This document shows, piece by piece, positions 30,455-41,400 of a stretch of DNA of 64,000 nt. The stretch covers positions 12,024 through 76,023 of the forward strand of contig CAZGJX010000002.1 of the NCBI GenBank assembly GCA_964525635.1, read 5' to 3'. The position numbers were made by a program, and so were the translations under genes. The notes below the pieces were generated by a model. It searched no databases. It saw nothing but the letters and a program-made list of their open reading frames with translations, and was not told where the DNA came from. The DNA comes from an uncultured archaeon (GTDB lineage: Archaea; Asgardarchaeota; Lokiarchaeia; Sigyniarchaeales; SOKP01). Position 1 is the first letter of the stretch, and each line of letters opens with the position of its first letter.

Positions 30455-31618
30455 GTGATAGGCCTAATTTTATCCAGATTTGATCAAACAATAGGACCTT
30501 TAGTTATTCTTAAATCTCCAGAAGATTTGGAAGATCAAATCATGCAAAAGTTTTCATCCCTAATGGATCTTCATGATAGTGGATTTTTTATTCATACTTT
30601 TGATACTTATCAGGGAGTAAATCGTATCTTTGAAATACCTAGTGTATATGCGAGAGGTAATAGAGAAATCCTCCAGATTTCAATGATTTTTGATATTGAA
30701 AGCAAAATTGATAATGATTTCATTAGAGATATTTTAGAAAAATTTATGGTAGCAATTAAAAATATTGAAGATTTGTATATAGCGTTTTATAATGAATCAG
30801 ATCTATTTATTGAAAATAAAAAAAAAAAGGAAGAATTAAAAAATTTATTTCATACATTCTATGAGTCTGCAAAATCTGCATTAGGAGCAATTAGGAATGT
30901 TGAACTAAAATATCAAACTTTATTTGAACGAGCAAGAGATGCAATTGTTATTTTTGAATTAAAAACTGGTAATTTTATTGATATTAATCTAGAAGCTGAG
31001 AAAATCTTGGGAGATAATAGAGAAACTATTTTAAATTCAAATATCATAAAATTTTTTGCGATAAAGGATTATGAAAATTTTTATAACAATATTTTAAAAC
31101 TGATTTCTGATGGAAAAATAGAACTTATTGAAATGGATATTATTAATATTAAGAGGAAAAGGATATCTGTTGAAATTAGTGCTAGTAATATAAAAATAGG
31201 AGACCAAAAATTTATACAACTTATAATAAGAGATATTTCTAAAAGAAAATTATTAGAATCAAGATTAAAAGAACGGGTAAAAGAATTAAACGCTTTATAT
31301 GGAATTACTCGATTAATAGAAATTGATAAAATATCATTAGAGGTTGTTTTAGAGGAAGCAATAGAAATTATAAAATCTGCTATGGAATTTCCGGAATTAT
31401 CATGTGTAAGAATCCTGTTTAATGAAAAAAAATGGATTACTGATAATTTTAAAGAAACTCAATGGAAGATCTCAACTCATATTCAAATTGAAATGAATAT
31501 ATTGGATATAGAAGTTTTTTATTTAGAAGAGAGGAAAATCCTTGGGGAGAAACTAGAATTCATCTATGAAATTGCAGAAAGATTAAAAGTCTTACTCAAG
31601 AATAAATTACATGAGTAA
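30455..31618 (+). CDS. Longin/uDENN (NPR2-like) domain plus PAS domain protein
   Basis: N-terminal ILSRFDQTIGP..., GFFIH, ARGNRE. PAS-like KYQTLFERARDAI..N..AE.ILG..IIRDIS. C-terminal ERVKEL sensor-like segment. Confidence 0.7.
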   Translation: MIGLILSRFDQTIGPLVILKSPEDLEDQIMQKFSSLMDLHDSGFFIHTFDTYQGVNRIFEIPSVYARGNREILQISMIFDIESKIDNDFIRDILEKFMVAIKNIEDLYIAFYNESDLFIENKKKKEELKNLFHTFYESAKSALGAIRNVELKYQTLFERARDAIVIFELKTGNFIDINLEAEKILGDNRETILNSNIIKFFAIKDYENFYNNILKLISDGKIELIEMDIINIKRKRISVEISASNIKIGDQKFIQLIIRDISKRKLLESRLKERVKELNALYGITRLIEIDKISLEVVLEEAIEIIKSAMEFPELSCVRILFNEKKWITDNFKETQWKISTHIQIEMNILDIEVFYLEERKILGEKLEFIYEIAERLKVLLKNKLHE

Positions 31619-31821
31619 TTATTAATTTGTTTTTTTTTTTGGAGATTTGACCTTTATTAACATATTTTATTTTGCTATAAGTTTGAGTCTATATTAGGTT
31701 GCAACACCTTATATTAAATGTTTTCTAAGTATTTAAGCATATATATTTATAGAGTTATTTAAACAAATCAGTTATAGGATTTTACAAAATTTTTAACTAT
31801 GAAATATTTTTATTAAATCTC

Positions 31822-32627
31822 ATGATTAATTATTATGAAAAATCAAATAAAGAACTCTGGAATAAAATTACCGCAACCCATGTTAAAGCTTATGATATCC
31901 AACCTTTTAAACAAGGTAAAACTACGTTAGATGAGATTCAACGAGGTGAACTTGGAAATGATAAAGGAAAAACCTTACTCCATTTACAGTGTAGATTTGG
32001 TTTAGATAATCTATCATGGGCTAGAGAAGGAGCTATAGTTACAGGAATCGATTTTGCTGAAGGGGTTATATTCGAAGCAAATAAACTTAAAGAAGAATTA
32101 GATATATCTGCAGAACTTTTTCCTTTAATATCTATAATATTCGAAAATACATTAGTCATCAATTTGATATTGTTTATACATCAAAAGGAGAGTTAATTTG
32201 GTTAAAAAATTTAGAAGAATGGGGAAGAATTATTTATGATTATCTTAAACCTGGGGGTATTTTTTATATATTTGAAACACATCCAATAATCCATATATTT
32301 GATGATGAAATATCTGATTTTAAAATAAAATATTCTTATTTTCATTCCAACGATCCTCGTGAATATGAGGATTGAATTGATTATGCAGATAAGTCCATAA
32401 AATTAGATATAAAAACTTATGAATGGCAATGGTCATTAAGCGATATTATCAACTCACTAATTAAAGCAGGATTGAAAATTAAAATCATAAATGAATATGA
32501 TAAATCATTTTTTAGAAATTTTCCCGGTATGATTAAAATAAAAGGAGATACATGGTATGAATGGTGGTATCACCTTAATATTAAAGGAAAAATACCTTTT
32601 ACTTTTTCTTTATTGGCCCAAAAATAA
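31822..32627 (+). pseudogene. Class I SAM-dependent methyltransferase, disrupted
   Basis: LLHLQCRFGLD, VTGIDF. Frameshift at about 32125, then FDIVYTS..LKPGG..HP. In-frame TGA at 32373-32375. Confidence 0.82.
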
Positions 32628-32650
32628 AAATTATTCAATTATTTTTGTCA

Positions 32651-33250
32651 TTAATTTTTTCTTAATTTAGGAAATAATGCTCCAGTTCGCTTTTGATACT
32701 CTCTATATTTATCACCAAATCGTCTTATTAAATCTTTTTCTTCATAATGAATCATAATTGGAGTATAGAAAACAATAAAAATTAACGATATTATTGCCAA
32801 AAACCATGAATTTAAAAAAAAACCTAGAGCAATATAAATCGGAAATTCTCCAATAGTTTGAGGATGTCGGATATAATTATATATTCCCCCATACATTTCT
32901 GTCTCTTCTGAAGGAGAAATTGTTTCTGATCCTGCATCTAATACCCCCTTAATCATGATTATAAAACATGGAATAAAAATACAAATAGCTATGAGAACAC
33001 CTATCCAAATATTTTGACTTATAATCCATTCATCAACCATAGGTAGAGGATACCAAATCCATAGAATAAAATTGAGGATGGAGATAAATTCAAAAATACT
33101 TGATAAAGCCCGAAGATTCTTACAATATTTCCAAGCTTTATCTCCTAATTTTTCTGCTTTTTTCATAGGTTGAAGACTAAGGATATAAATATACCCTAAT
33201 AAGAAAAATGATATTAACAAAGAAATGAAATTCAATATTCTGATAATCAT
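32651..33250 (-). CDS. Isoprenylcysteine carboxyl methyltransferase / PEMT-family membrane methyltransferase
   Basis: GIYNYIRHPQ, EEKDL.RRFG..Y.EY..RTG..FP, and TM helices. Confidence 0.85.
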   Translation of the reverse strand: MIIRILNFISLLISFFLLGYIYILSLQPMKKAEKLGDKAWKYCKNLRALSSIFEFISILNFILWIWYPLPMVDEWIISQNIWIGVLIAICIFIPCFIIMIKGVLDAGSETISPSEETEMYGGIYNYIRHPQTIGEFPIYIALGFFLNSWFLAIISLIFIVFYTPIMIHYEEKDLIRRFGDKYREYQKRTGALFPKLRKN

Positions 33251-33561
33251 TTGAATCAATTTTATAATATTTTAAGATTATTTTTTTTAATCATTTAAAG
33301 TAATTTAATGCTATTATAAATAGTCTAAAAGAATGGAATTATATGGTGTAAGTTATACATTACTAAAAAAAAGTTACAAAAGGAATAATGACAAAACCGA
33401 TCTCTGTCATTCTTTCTTCAAATATTTTAACATTTTTCATAATTGTTTTAAAATATCATAATTTTCCATTATAGTTTGTTTCATAGAAATATAAAATATT
33501 TTCATAAAACCTTATAATTTTAATTCATTTTTTAAAAATGACTCTTTAATTAAAAAGATTA

Positions 33562-34992
33562 ATGATTAAAATGAATAGAGAAAAAGAAGACTTAGTAATA
33601 ATGAAATTTGGTGGTTCATGTTTACAAGATATTGAATCTTTTTCACAAACTACTGAAATAATAAGAGATTATCTTAAAAGTTCGAAATTAATTATAGTTA
33701 CATCAGCTTTTAAAGGTATAACAGATAAACTTATTAATTTTTATAATAAGTCTTGTGGGGATGGATCAGAATGTAATGAAATCATTGATGGAATTAATAC
33801 AATTCATAAAAGATTTATTAATGAAAATATAGAAAGTGATAAAAAAGAATATAAAAAAACTATTGACTTTCTAGAAGTAAACATAAAAGATCTAATCCAA
33901 TTGGGCAGAGTTGTACGCTTATTACGACCAAGTTTGGATATTCAAGATTTAATTATATCTTATGGTGAAAAATTAAGTACTTATATTGTAAATCAATATT
34001 TAAATTCAATCAATATTAGATCTCAATTTGTCTCTTCAGATGAAATAATTATTACAGATGATAATTATAGTAATGCTCTACCAATATTAGATGAAACAGA
34101 AAAACTTGTTCAAGAAAAGATCGTTCCACTCATTAATTCTGAAAAATATGATATTATTTCAATAACTGGATTTTATGGGTCAACAAAGGATCAAAAAATT
34201 ACAACTCTTGGTAGAGGAGGTACCGATTTAACAGCTGCAATTATGGCATACAGTTTAACTAACCATTACAAATGTAAAGTGATATATTGGAAGGACGTTC
34301 AAGGTTTTTTGGATGCAGATCCTAGAATTGCTAAACAAGCCTCTCTTTTAACTCAAATATCATATATAGAAGCAAAAGAACTTGCTTTTTTTGGATCTAA
34401 AGTACTTCATCCATTATGCTTAGACGTAAATGAAAAAGGAAATATTCCATCCGAAATACGTCCTTTTAATGAACCAAATTCGAAAGATTATACTACTATT
34501 ACAAAAGAAATTATAAAGGGAGAACAAATAGTAAAAGCTATTACTTCAATCCAAAGATTAACAATGGTAACAATTGAAAGTGGTACTATGATTTCTCTTC
34601 CTGGTACTGTAGCAAAACTTTTCAATTTGTTAGCTGAAAGCAATATTAATATAAAGTTTATTTCTCAGAGTTCCTCTGAAAATAATATTACTATTGGTAT
34701 AGACTTCGAAGATTCAATGAAAGTAAGTTATTTATTGAGGAATTCTGATTGGTTTGGAAAACAATGGTTTAGTATAAAAATAGATAATGATATATCATTA
34801 ATCGCTGTTATTGGAGCAGGTATGTTACATACGCCGGGAATTGCAGGTAAAATATTTACAATACTTGGTAATAATAGAGTAAACATAAGAGCAATTTCCC
34901 AAGGATCTTCTGAATTAAATATAACTATTGTTATTGAAAGAAATGATTGTATAAAGGCTGTAAATGTGTTATACGAAGCGTTTATTAGTTAA
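33562..34992 (+). CDS. lysC: Aspartate kinase with two ACT domains
   Basis: MKFGGSC, SAFKGITD, GEKLS, TTLGRGGTD, DADPR, GSKVLHP, ISQGSSE. Confidence 0.93.
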   Translation: MIKMNREKEDLVIMKFGGSCLQDIESFSQTTEIIRDYLKSSKLIIVTSAFKGITDKLINFYNKSCGDGSECNEIIDGINTIHKRFINENIESDKKEYKKTIDFLEVNIKDLIQLGRVVRLLRPSLDIQDLIISYGEKLSTYIVNQYLNSINIRSQFVSSDEIIITDDNYSNALPILDETEKLVQEKIVPLINSEKYDIISITGFYGSTKDQKITTLGRGGTDLTAAIMAYSLTNHYKCKVIYWKDVQGFLDADPRIAKQASLLTQISYIEAKELAFFGSKVLHPLCLDVNEKGNIPSEIRPFNEPNSKDYTTITKEIIKGEQIVKAITSIQRLTMVTIESGTMISLPGTVAKLFNLLAESNINIKFISQSSSENNITIGIDFEDSMKVSYLLRNSDWFGKQWFSIKIDNDISLIAVIGAGMLHTPGIAGKIFTILGNNRVNIRAISQGSSELNITIVIERNDCIKAVNVLYEAFIS

Positions 34993-35087
34993 GAAAAATC
35001 TATTATTCCTCAAATAATAGTTTATTTTTAGGAATTTAGAATAATTAAAAAATAAATAAAAAACAGATTTTTTTTCTGTTTATCTAA

Positions 35088-36326
35088 TTATTTGAAGAAA
35101 TTTTTGAATTTGTCGTTTCCTAAATTAACACGAATTTCTTTTCTTTTTTCTAAAGGTAAATTCTTTTTTAAAGCCTCATTACATATTTTTTTTCCGATAT
35201 TTACTTTTGGATTATTAGCCCAATTCACATCCAATAATAAACATAAATAATAAACACTAGATTGTATAAAAGCGATTAAATTTCCTATTCCTTTCGCATC
35301 AGGATTATCTATAGTAATTATACCTGAAGGTATTTCTTCTTCAATTAATGCTTGAAAAGTAGCATCTGCTTGATAATCTACTACGTTTTGTCCAGACTTT
35401 CCTTCAATATATTCAATAGAGGACTTAAGTTCTAGATCAGGATACTCATTATTAACTTTATAAAGTATTGGAATTATAGCTCCTTTAGTGCCTCCTAAAA
35501 TATATTCTAAAACAGAGTGTTGACATAATGGTGCTTCTTGATATGCTCCCATCAATCCTTTATCTTCTTTTCCAGAACTCTCTGAGATTTCTTGAACCAA
35601 CAATCCTACGCTTCCTTCTAGGTTTTTAGAATATGGCATAGAAAATACAACCTTATATTCTTTTTTGTATAAATTATACAAAAATGAAGCAAATTCTGTA
35701 CTTGCATTTCTATTCAAATCCATATATATATTATAACCTTCTTTTAATCCTTGTAGAAAGCTATTAATATTAATACCAGAAAGATATGCAGGAACAATTC
35801 CAACATTAGTAATTGAACCAGCAAATCTACCAGATAAATCAGGAACTTCTAAAATAGGGGCATTGATATTCTCTAATAATTCCTTCATAGTACCTCGTGA
35901 TGAAAGACCTAGAAATTGATATCCTTTTTCTAAAAAAATCCCAATTGTAGCATTAACATCAAGAGTTTCTCCACTTCGAGAAATTGGAATAACTATAGAA
36001 TCTTCTGAATTTGTTTCTTCTAAACATTTGAGCAATTCTATTGATCTTGAACTCGTTATAGGATAAAACTTCTTTTTAGATAAATGACATATGGATAACA
36101 TTGTCTGAATTGATCCACCAGTTCCAAGTACTATAATATTCTTTATTTCATCCTTTAAAAATGGATTTGACATTTTCTTAATTTTTTCAAAATCAAGATA
36201 CGAGTCAATATCGATGAAAAAAGGAGCATCCCATTTTTCTTTATTTTTCTTTATACCTTCAATATTATCATTAAATAATTCGTCATTTATTTTTGGATAA
36301 TATTCAAAGGTTAAACCTAAATTCAC
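35088..36326 (-). CDS. Glucose-6-phosphate isomerase-like (double SIS domain)
   Basis: LGTGGS, ISRSGETLD, SGRF, QEISESSGK, QHS, P.VNIGK. GTG start with GGTGA SD. Confidence 0.7.
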   Translation of the reverse strand: MNLGLTFEYYPKINDELFNDNIEGIKKNKEKWDAPFFIDIDSYLDFEKIKKMSNPFLKDEIKNIIVLGTGGSIQTMLSICHLSKKKFYPITSSRSIELLKCLEETNSEDSIVIPISRSGETLDVNATIGIFLEKGYQFLGLSSRGTMKELLENINAPILEVPDLSGRFAGSITNVGIVPAYLSGININSFLQGLKEGYNIYMDLNRNASTEFASFLYNLYKKEYKVVFSMPYSKNLEGSVGLLVQEISESSGKEDKGLMGAYQEAPLCQHSVLEYILGGTKGAIIPILYKVNNEYPDLELKSSIEYIEGKSGQNVVDYQADATFQALIEEEIPSGIITIDNPDAKGIGNLIAFIQSSVYYLCLLLDVNWANNPKVNIGKKICNEALKKNLPLEKRKEIRVNLGNDKFKNFFK

Positions 36327-36511
36327 ATTATCACCAAATTCCGTAAATGATTTTTTTATTATAATTATGAATCTTTCTTTAAAATTTTAAATTCTAAAAA
36401 GTATAATAAATTTCGGCTCTAATTTTTTAAATAATCTTGAATGAAAAATTAAATTTGATAAGAATCATTTATTAGTTTAAATATAAAGAATAATTAATTT
36501 TAACCTTTAAA

Positions 36512-36871
36512 ATGTCTGAAGATCAATTTCAACATTTATTGCATAATATTTTTGATAATATAGAAGGAGTCAGGTCCGCAGCAATAGTCTCACAAGAAGG
36601 TCTTGTTGTCCATTCCATTTTAGAAGAAGGTATTTCTGAAATAAAATTAGCCGCAATGACTGCTACAATTCTTTCTGTTGCTGAAAAAGTTCTTCATGAA
36701 CTTAAATCAGGAATTCTTGATGTTTGTATTGTACAAGGAGATGATGGGAATTTTTGTGTCATGGAAGCAGGACCAGAATTAATAATTGCTGTATGTTTAA
36801 ATATAGATGCTCGTATGGATACTTGCTTCATAGAAATGAGAAAAGTCTCAGAACAAATTAAAAATATATAA
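36512..36871 (+). CDS. Roadblock/LC7 (MglB/LAMTOR-like) domain protein
   Basis: EGVRSAAIVSQEGLVVHS, LAAMTATILS, IVQGDDG, in a 119-aa protein. Confidence 0.88.
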   Translation: MSEDQFQHLLHNIFDNIEGVRSAAIVSQEGLVVHSILEEGISEIKLAAMTATILSVAEKVLHELKSGILDVCIVQGDDGNFCVMEAGPELIIAVCLNIDARMDTCFIEMRKVSEQIKNI

Positions 36872-37042
36872 ATATTGTTTTTTTATACAAACCACCTTTT
36901 ACTTCACTTATTTATTAATGAGTTATTAACTTTAAATAATTAAAAATCTGAAAACTTGAACTCTATTCTATTTAAAATAACTTACAATCATAATATAATT
37001 AAATAAAACTATAAAAAATACACCAAATATATGTGATATCTT

Positions 37043-38278
37043 TTGGCAAAAACAATGGAAGTTAGTAATAATGGAAGTATTGAAATGGGTGAACCATATT
37101 ATTGTAAAGAGTGTGGTAGAACTCATCAGAAAGGAAAGATTTATCAAGATCATTTTAAATATGCTCAAAATCAAGAAAATATAGAAGAAAATAATGAAAT
37201 CGAAGATTATAATGAAGATATAGAGTCCGAAGATATTGATGATATTGATGATATCGATTATGATCAGGATGAAATCCTTGATGATGATATTGATGAGGAA
37301 TATGTTGAAAATGAAATAGATGAAAGGACTTTAGATGATTGTATAGATGAAGTCAAAGGACTTCCTGGAGTAGGGGATGCAACTTTAAAAAAATTAATTA
37401 AAGCAGGTTTTACAAGCCTTGAATCTATTGCATACACACCCCCTTCAATAATTCAAGAAGATAGTGGTTTAGGAGAAAAAACTACTGCTACTCTCATTAA
37501 AGCTTCTATGAAAAAATTAAACATAGGATTTAAATCAGCTCAAGATTTATGGGAACATAGAAAAAATATTACGAGAATTTCTACAGGGAGTCAGGAATTA
37601 GATAATATTTTTGCAGGAGGAATCGAAACTGGATGTGTTATTGAATTCTTTGGAGAATTTAGAACAGGAAAAACCCAAATTATGCATCAATTATGCGTAA
37701 ATGTTCAATTACCTCTAGAAAAAGGAGGTCTTGAAGGAAGAGCACTCTATATAGACACAGAAGGTACCTTTAGACCCGAAAGAATTATCCAAATGGCTGA
37801 AGCACTTGATTTAGACTATGATACAGTTTTGAAAAATATAATTTTTGGCAGAGCTTATAATTCAGATCATCAAATCCTTCTTGCTAAAGAAGCAGCAAAT
37901 ATTATAAAAGAAAAAAATATTAAGTTAATAGTTGTTGATTCTTTAATTGGTCATTTTCGAAGTGAATATATTGGAAGAGGAACACTCGCCACTCGTCAGC
38001 AAACAATAAACCAACATTTACATGATTTACTAAGATTATGTGATATTTATCCCCAATTAGCTGTTGTTGTAACAAATCAAGTTCAAGCAAAACCAGATGT
38101 ATTTTATGGTAATCCCATACAAGCTGCTGGTGGTAATGTTATTGCTCATGGTTCAACTATAAGAGTTTATTTAAGAAAAGGTAAAGGAGAGCAGAGAGTA
38201 GCAAAAATGATTGATGCTCCTCATTTACCGGAAGGAGAAGCTGTTTTCAGTATAACTGAAAATGGTATTTCAGATTAA
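37043..38278 (+). CDS. radA: RadA recombinase with N-terminal Zn-finger-like and acidic extension
   Basis: Hh[52 protein letters not shown]. Confidence 0.96.
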   Translation: MAKTMEVSNNGSIEMGEPYYCKECGRTHQKGKIYQDHFKYAQNQENIEENNEIEDYNEDIESEDIDDIDDIDYDQDEILDDDIDEEYVENEIDERTLDDCIDEVKGLPGVGDATLKKLIKAGFTSLESIAYTPPSIIQEDSGLGEKTTATLIKASMKKLNIGFKSAQDLWEHRKNITRISTGSQELDNIFAGGIETGCVIEFFGEFRTGKTQIMHQLCVNVQLPLEKGGLEGRALYIDTEGTFRPERIIQMAEALDLDYDTVLKNIIFGRAYNSDHQILLAKEAANIIKEKNIKLIVVDSLIGHFRSEYIGRGTLATRQQTINQHLHDLLRLCDIYPQLAVVVTNQVQAKPDVFYGNPIQAAGGNVIAHGSTIRVYLRKGKGEQRVAKMIDAPHLPEGEAVFSITENGISD

Positions 38279-38405
38279 TAAATATCTTATTTTTAATTAT
38301 TATTTTTAAAATTCTAAATTAGTTAAAATATAGAATTTTTAATACAATTACTAGATGTTTTAGAATGGATATATAAAATTAAAAAAAATTAAAAATAAAA
38401 ATTAG

Positions 38406-41400
38406 TTATAAATTTTCAAATTTTTTAGATAAACCAATTAGTCTCTTAACTTCATCCTGCATTGAGTTGACACCTAATTTGAAGGCTTCAGATGCTTTAT
38501 TAGCAGCTTGTTTGAATTTTTCAGCAGCCATTTTATAATTCTTTTTCTTAAGTTCTTTCTGAGCCTGAGTTTCAAATTCTTTCTTACTTAGCATTGTATC
38601 ATCAATCTGGGTAAGACGTATAGCTTCTTGTAGTTCTCCAAGAGGTCTTTTTAAACCCCAATCATTAGCGATTATAGCAGCTTCCTCATAATATATAATT
38701 GCTTTTTTGTATGATAATACTTTTTTCTCTTTCCTTGCTTTAATAACGAGGATTTTAACCTGTTTTGAAGCCTCTTTGTTGGTTGTAACAACCTTCCCTG
38801 CAATTTTAGATTTTATTGGAGCCGATACAATCTCTTGCTTTTCTTGTAAACTTGCGAAATAAACTTCACGTTCTTGAGCACTCATTTGTGCCAATTGATC
38901 AATCATTGCCTGTGTTTCTTCACGAGGCAAAGTAACAAACTCACAGATCCTCTGTTCAATAAGCTGTTTTTCTTGTGGAGAAATAGCTTTACTTTCTAAA
39001 GCAGTAACGTCCCAAGGTATCAGTATTTTCTTTTCTCTTAGCTCTTTTATACCCATGAATATTTTTGAAATACCCTTCGTTGACTTTGTCATTGTCTTTT
39101 CAAGTAAGTTGGATATAAATATATAGTCTTTCCCTGTTTCTTTCGATATAGATTTAGCATTACCCAATATATCTTTTGAAGTAGTTATCCTTAAATCTTT
39201 GATAGCAGAGGAATCTAATTGAACTTGATGGGGAAGAATAATCGAGGTTTGGAAAATCTCATCTATCGAAGGGCCAGCATCTTTAAAAACATTCAACTGA
39301 CCTCTCCAGTTTGGTAAGGCAGCAGAATATCTTTGTTCAAAGAATTTAATGAATTCTCGAAGTTTACTTCTTAATAAAATAGATGCTTTTTTACTTAAGA
39401 CTAAAGAAACTCTGATATATTGACCATCAGCAAGTAGAAGCATCTTGTCTTCATAGCTTATTTCATTTAGTGCTTTTTGAGATTCTACTTCCTTTCCAAA
39501 TGATGAAACTGCTGATATAAATCCACTTATCAAATCGGGATCTATTTTTTCTGAACCATAAGATTTGAAGAATATGCAAGTACCGCTTCCCTTATATAAC
39601 ACTAAAATATGTTCTATATTTACAGCATCATCAAATACAGTCTTAACTTCGTCTAAAACACTATCTCTTCTTCTTTTCTGAGGAACTACTACTTTCTTAT
39701 AACCGACAATACCAATACTTGCCATTATTGCAGCCGCCAAGATTAATAATATATAAGGTATTAAATCTTCAAGATTTAATCCATCAGGTGGAGATTTTAC
39801 TCTTATATAAGGAACCTCATAACTTCCAGGTTCATGGTTATACGTCTCGGCGAAAGTAATTTGTATTGTCATATTTGCTGCTTGGTTGGGAATAATTATT
39901 TGAAACCAAACTACTCCATTACTATTGGTACTATTTTGAGGTATTGCTAAAGGTGTTGTTGTATTATCTTTATTTAGAAATAAGCCTGAAATACTTACTA
40001 GGGTACTTGTAAGAGGAAGCCATTGAGTACCATCATTATATTCACATAGTATTTTTAAATCAAATGAATTCCCTGCTGTCACTGAACTAGGAAATGATGT
40101 TGCATTGATTCTTACTTGATATTTTGCATAGATTGTGATATTAAAGGAAATCGAAAGTATATTATATGGCGCAAGACTAGCATTAATATCTATTCTGTAA
40201 AATCCAAGATCTAGTATAGAGGTTCCTATATTACCCGTATATTCATTTCCACTAGGATTTAATGATGAAGATAATGTATCTTCTTGTAATGATATCAAAT
40301 TAGTAGCATTAATAGTAAAAGTCACTGGTACCCCTTGAATAGCGATAAGATCGACATAATTATAACATGAAATATTTAAAGTTAATTGAAGATCACTCTC
40401 TTCAAAAAAAGTATAATTTCCAGAATCCCACAATCCTCCTTGAGTATTAACTGAAATAAAATTGATTTGGGTATCATCTCCTGCATAATAAAATTCAATA
40501 ACACTAGAGACACTCCAATTATAGTTTGGAGGATATGAGATATTTATATAGAAAGCATGCCAATCCAAGGTTAAACCAATAGTACTTATATTTAACTCGT
40601 AATCTCCATTTCCCAGTTCATAAAGCGACCAATTAAATATATCTCCGGTATACCATAAATCTTGGGTTGCATTATCAAATACTTGAATATTACTAGTTTT
40701 TAGACCTTCTATTCCTCTATCATTTAAAATATCATTGTAATAGAAAGTGACTGTTTGGTTCCATGTAGAACCTTCGGTAACTACATCATTAAATATTAAA
40801 TTTACAATTTGAGTTTGGGCGTGTATTACATTGATTGTAATGTTTATATATTGAGTTTCATTACCCTCAGAACTTATACTAAAATCGCATACATAGGGGG
40901 AACCTGAAACATCTACATCATTAGTATCTATTAAAATGGTATAATTTCCATTTCCATCATTTGACCAAGGATACACAGTAAATCCAGTGGGTATATCTTC
41001 AGATAGAATGCTAGCTGCTGTAATTGGATTACCATCTGTATCAGAATAATTGAAGGTATAGGTTGCATTTTGCCCTCTTATGATATCACCCAAGTTCGGA
41101 GTATTTGTTGGAGTTATTTGTGTAGTTATAATTTCATTAAACCAAAAGATAATAGTATCATTATTATAATTATCTTTCCATGCTTCAATTTCTATATAGT
41201 TATTTCCATAACTAAGAATTGTAGTATCAATTTCAATTTCATAAGTCCCATTATTATGATCCCACCAATTTAAAGGAGCTGGTGCATTTGATTCAATATT
41301 TCCGCCTAAAATAGGCTGATTTTGTCCAGTATCATTATAATATACAGATATATTAAAAATTTCTCCAAAAAAATATTCCAGACCTACCTGTGAATTAAGA

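Noticed and set aside
20249-32375. Two in-frame TGA codons (20249, 32373) at plausible Gly positions, suggesting Sec or TGA recoding
   Set aside because: Both genes also carry frameshifts (one also a TAA). Neither TGA is at an evident catalytic Cys position. TGA ends intact genes in this window (e.g. 15881, 16534). GGA->TGA decay explains them.
32651-33250. ICMT-like enzyme as modifier of the Rab-like GTPase
   Set aside because: The GTPase has no C-terminal Cys motif, and this family is common in prokaryotes.
33387-33411. aatgaca-N11-tgtcatt inverted repeat upstream of aspartokinase (riboswitch or operator?)
   Set aside because: It is only 7 bp. The region is too AT-rich and unstructured for a lysine riboswitch, and the repeat cannot be distinguished from chance.
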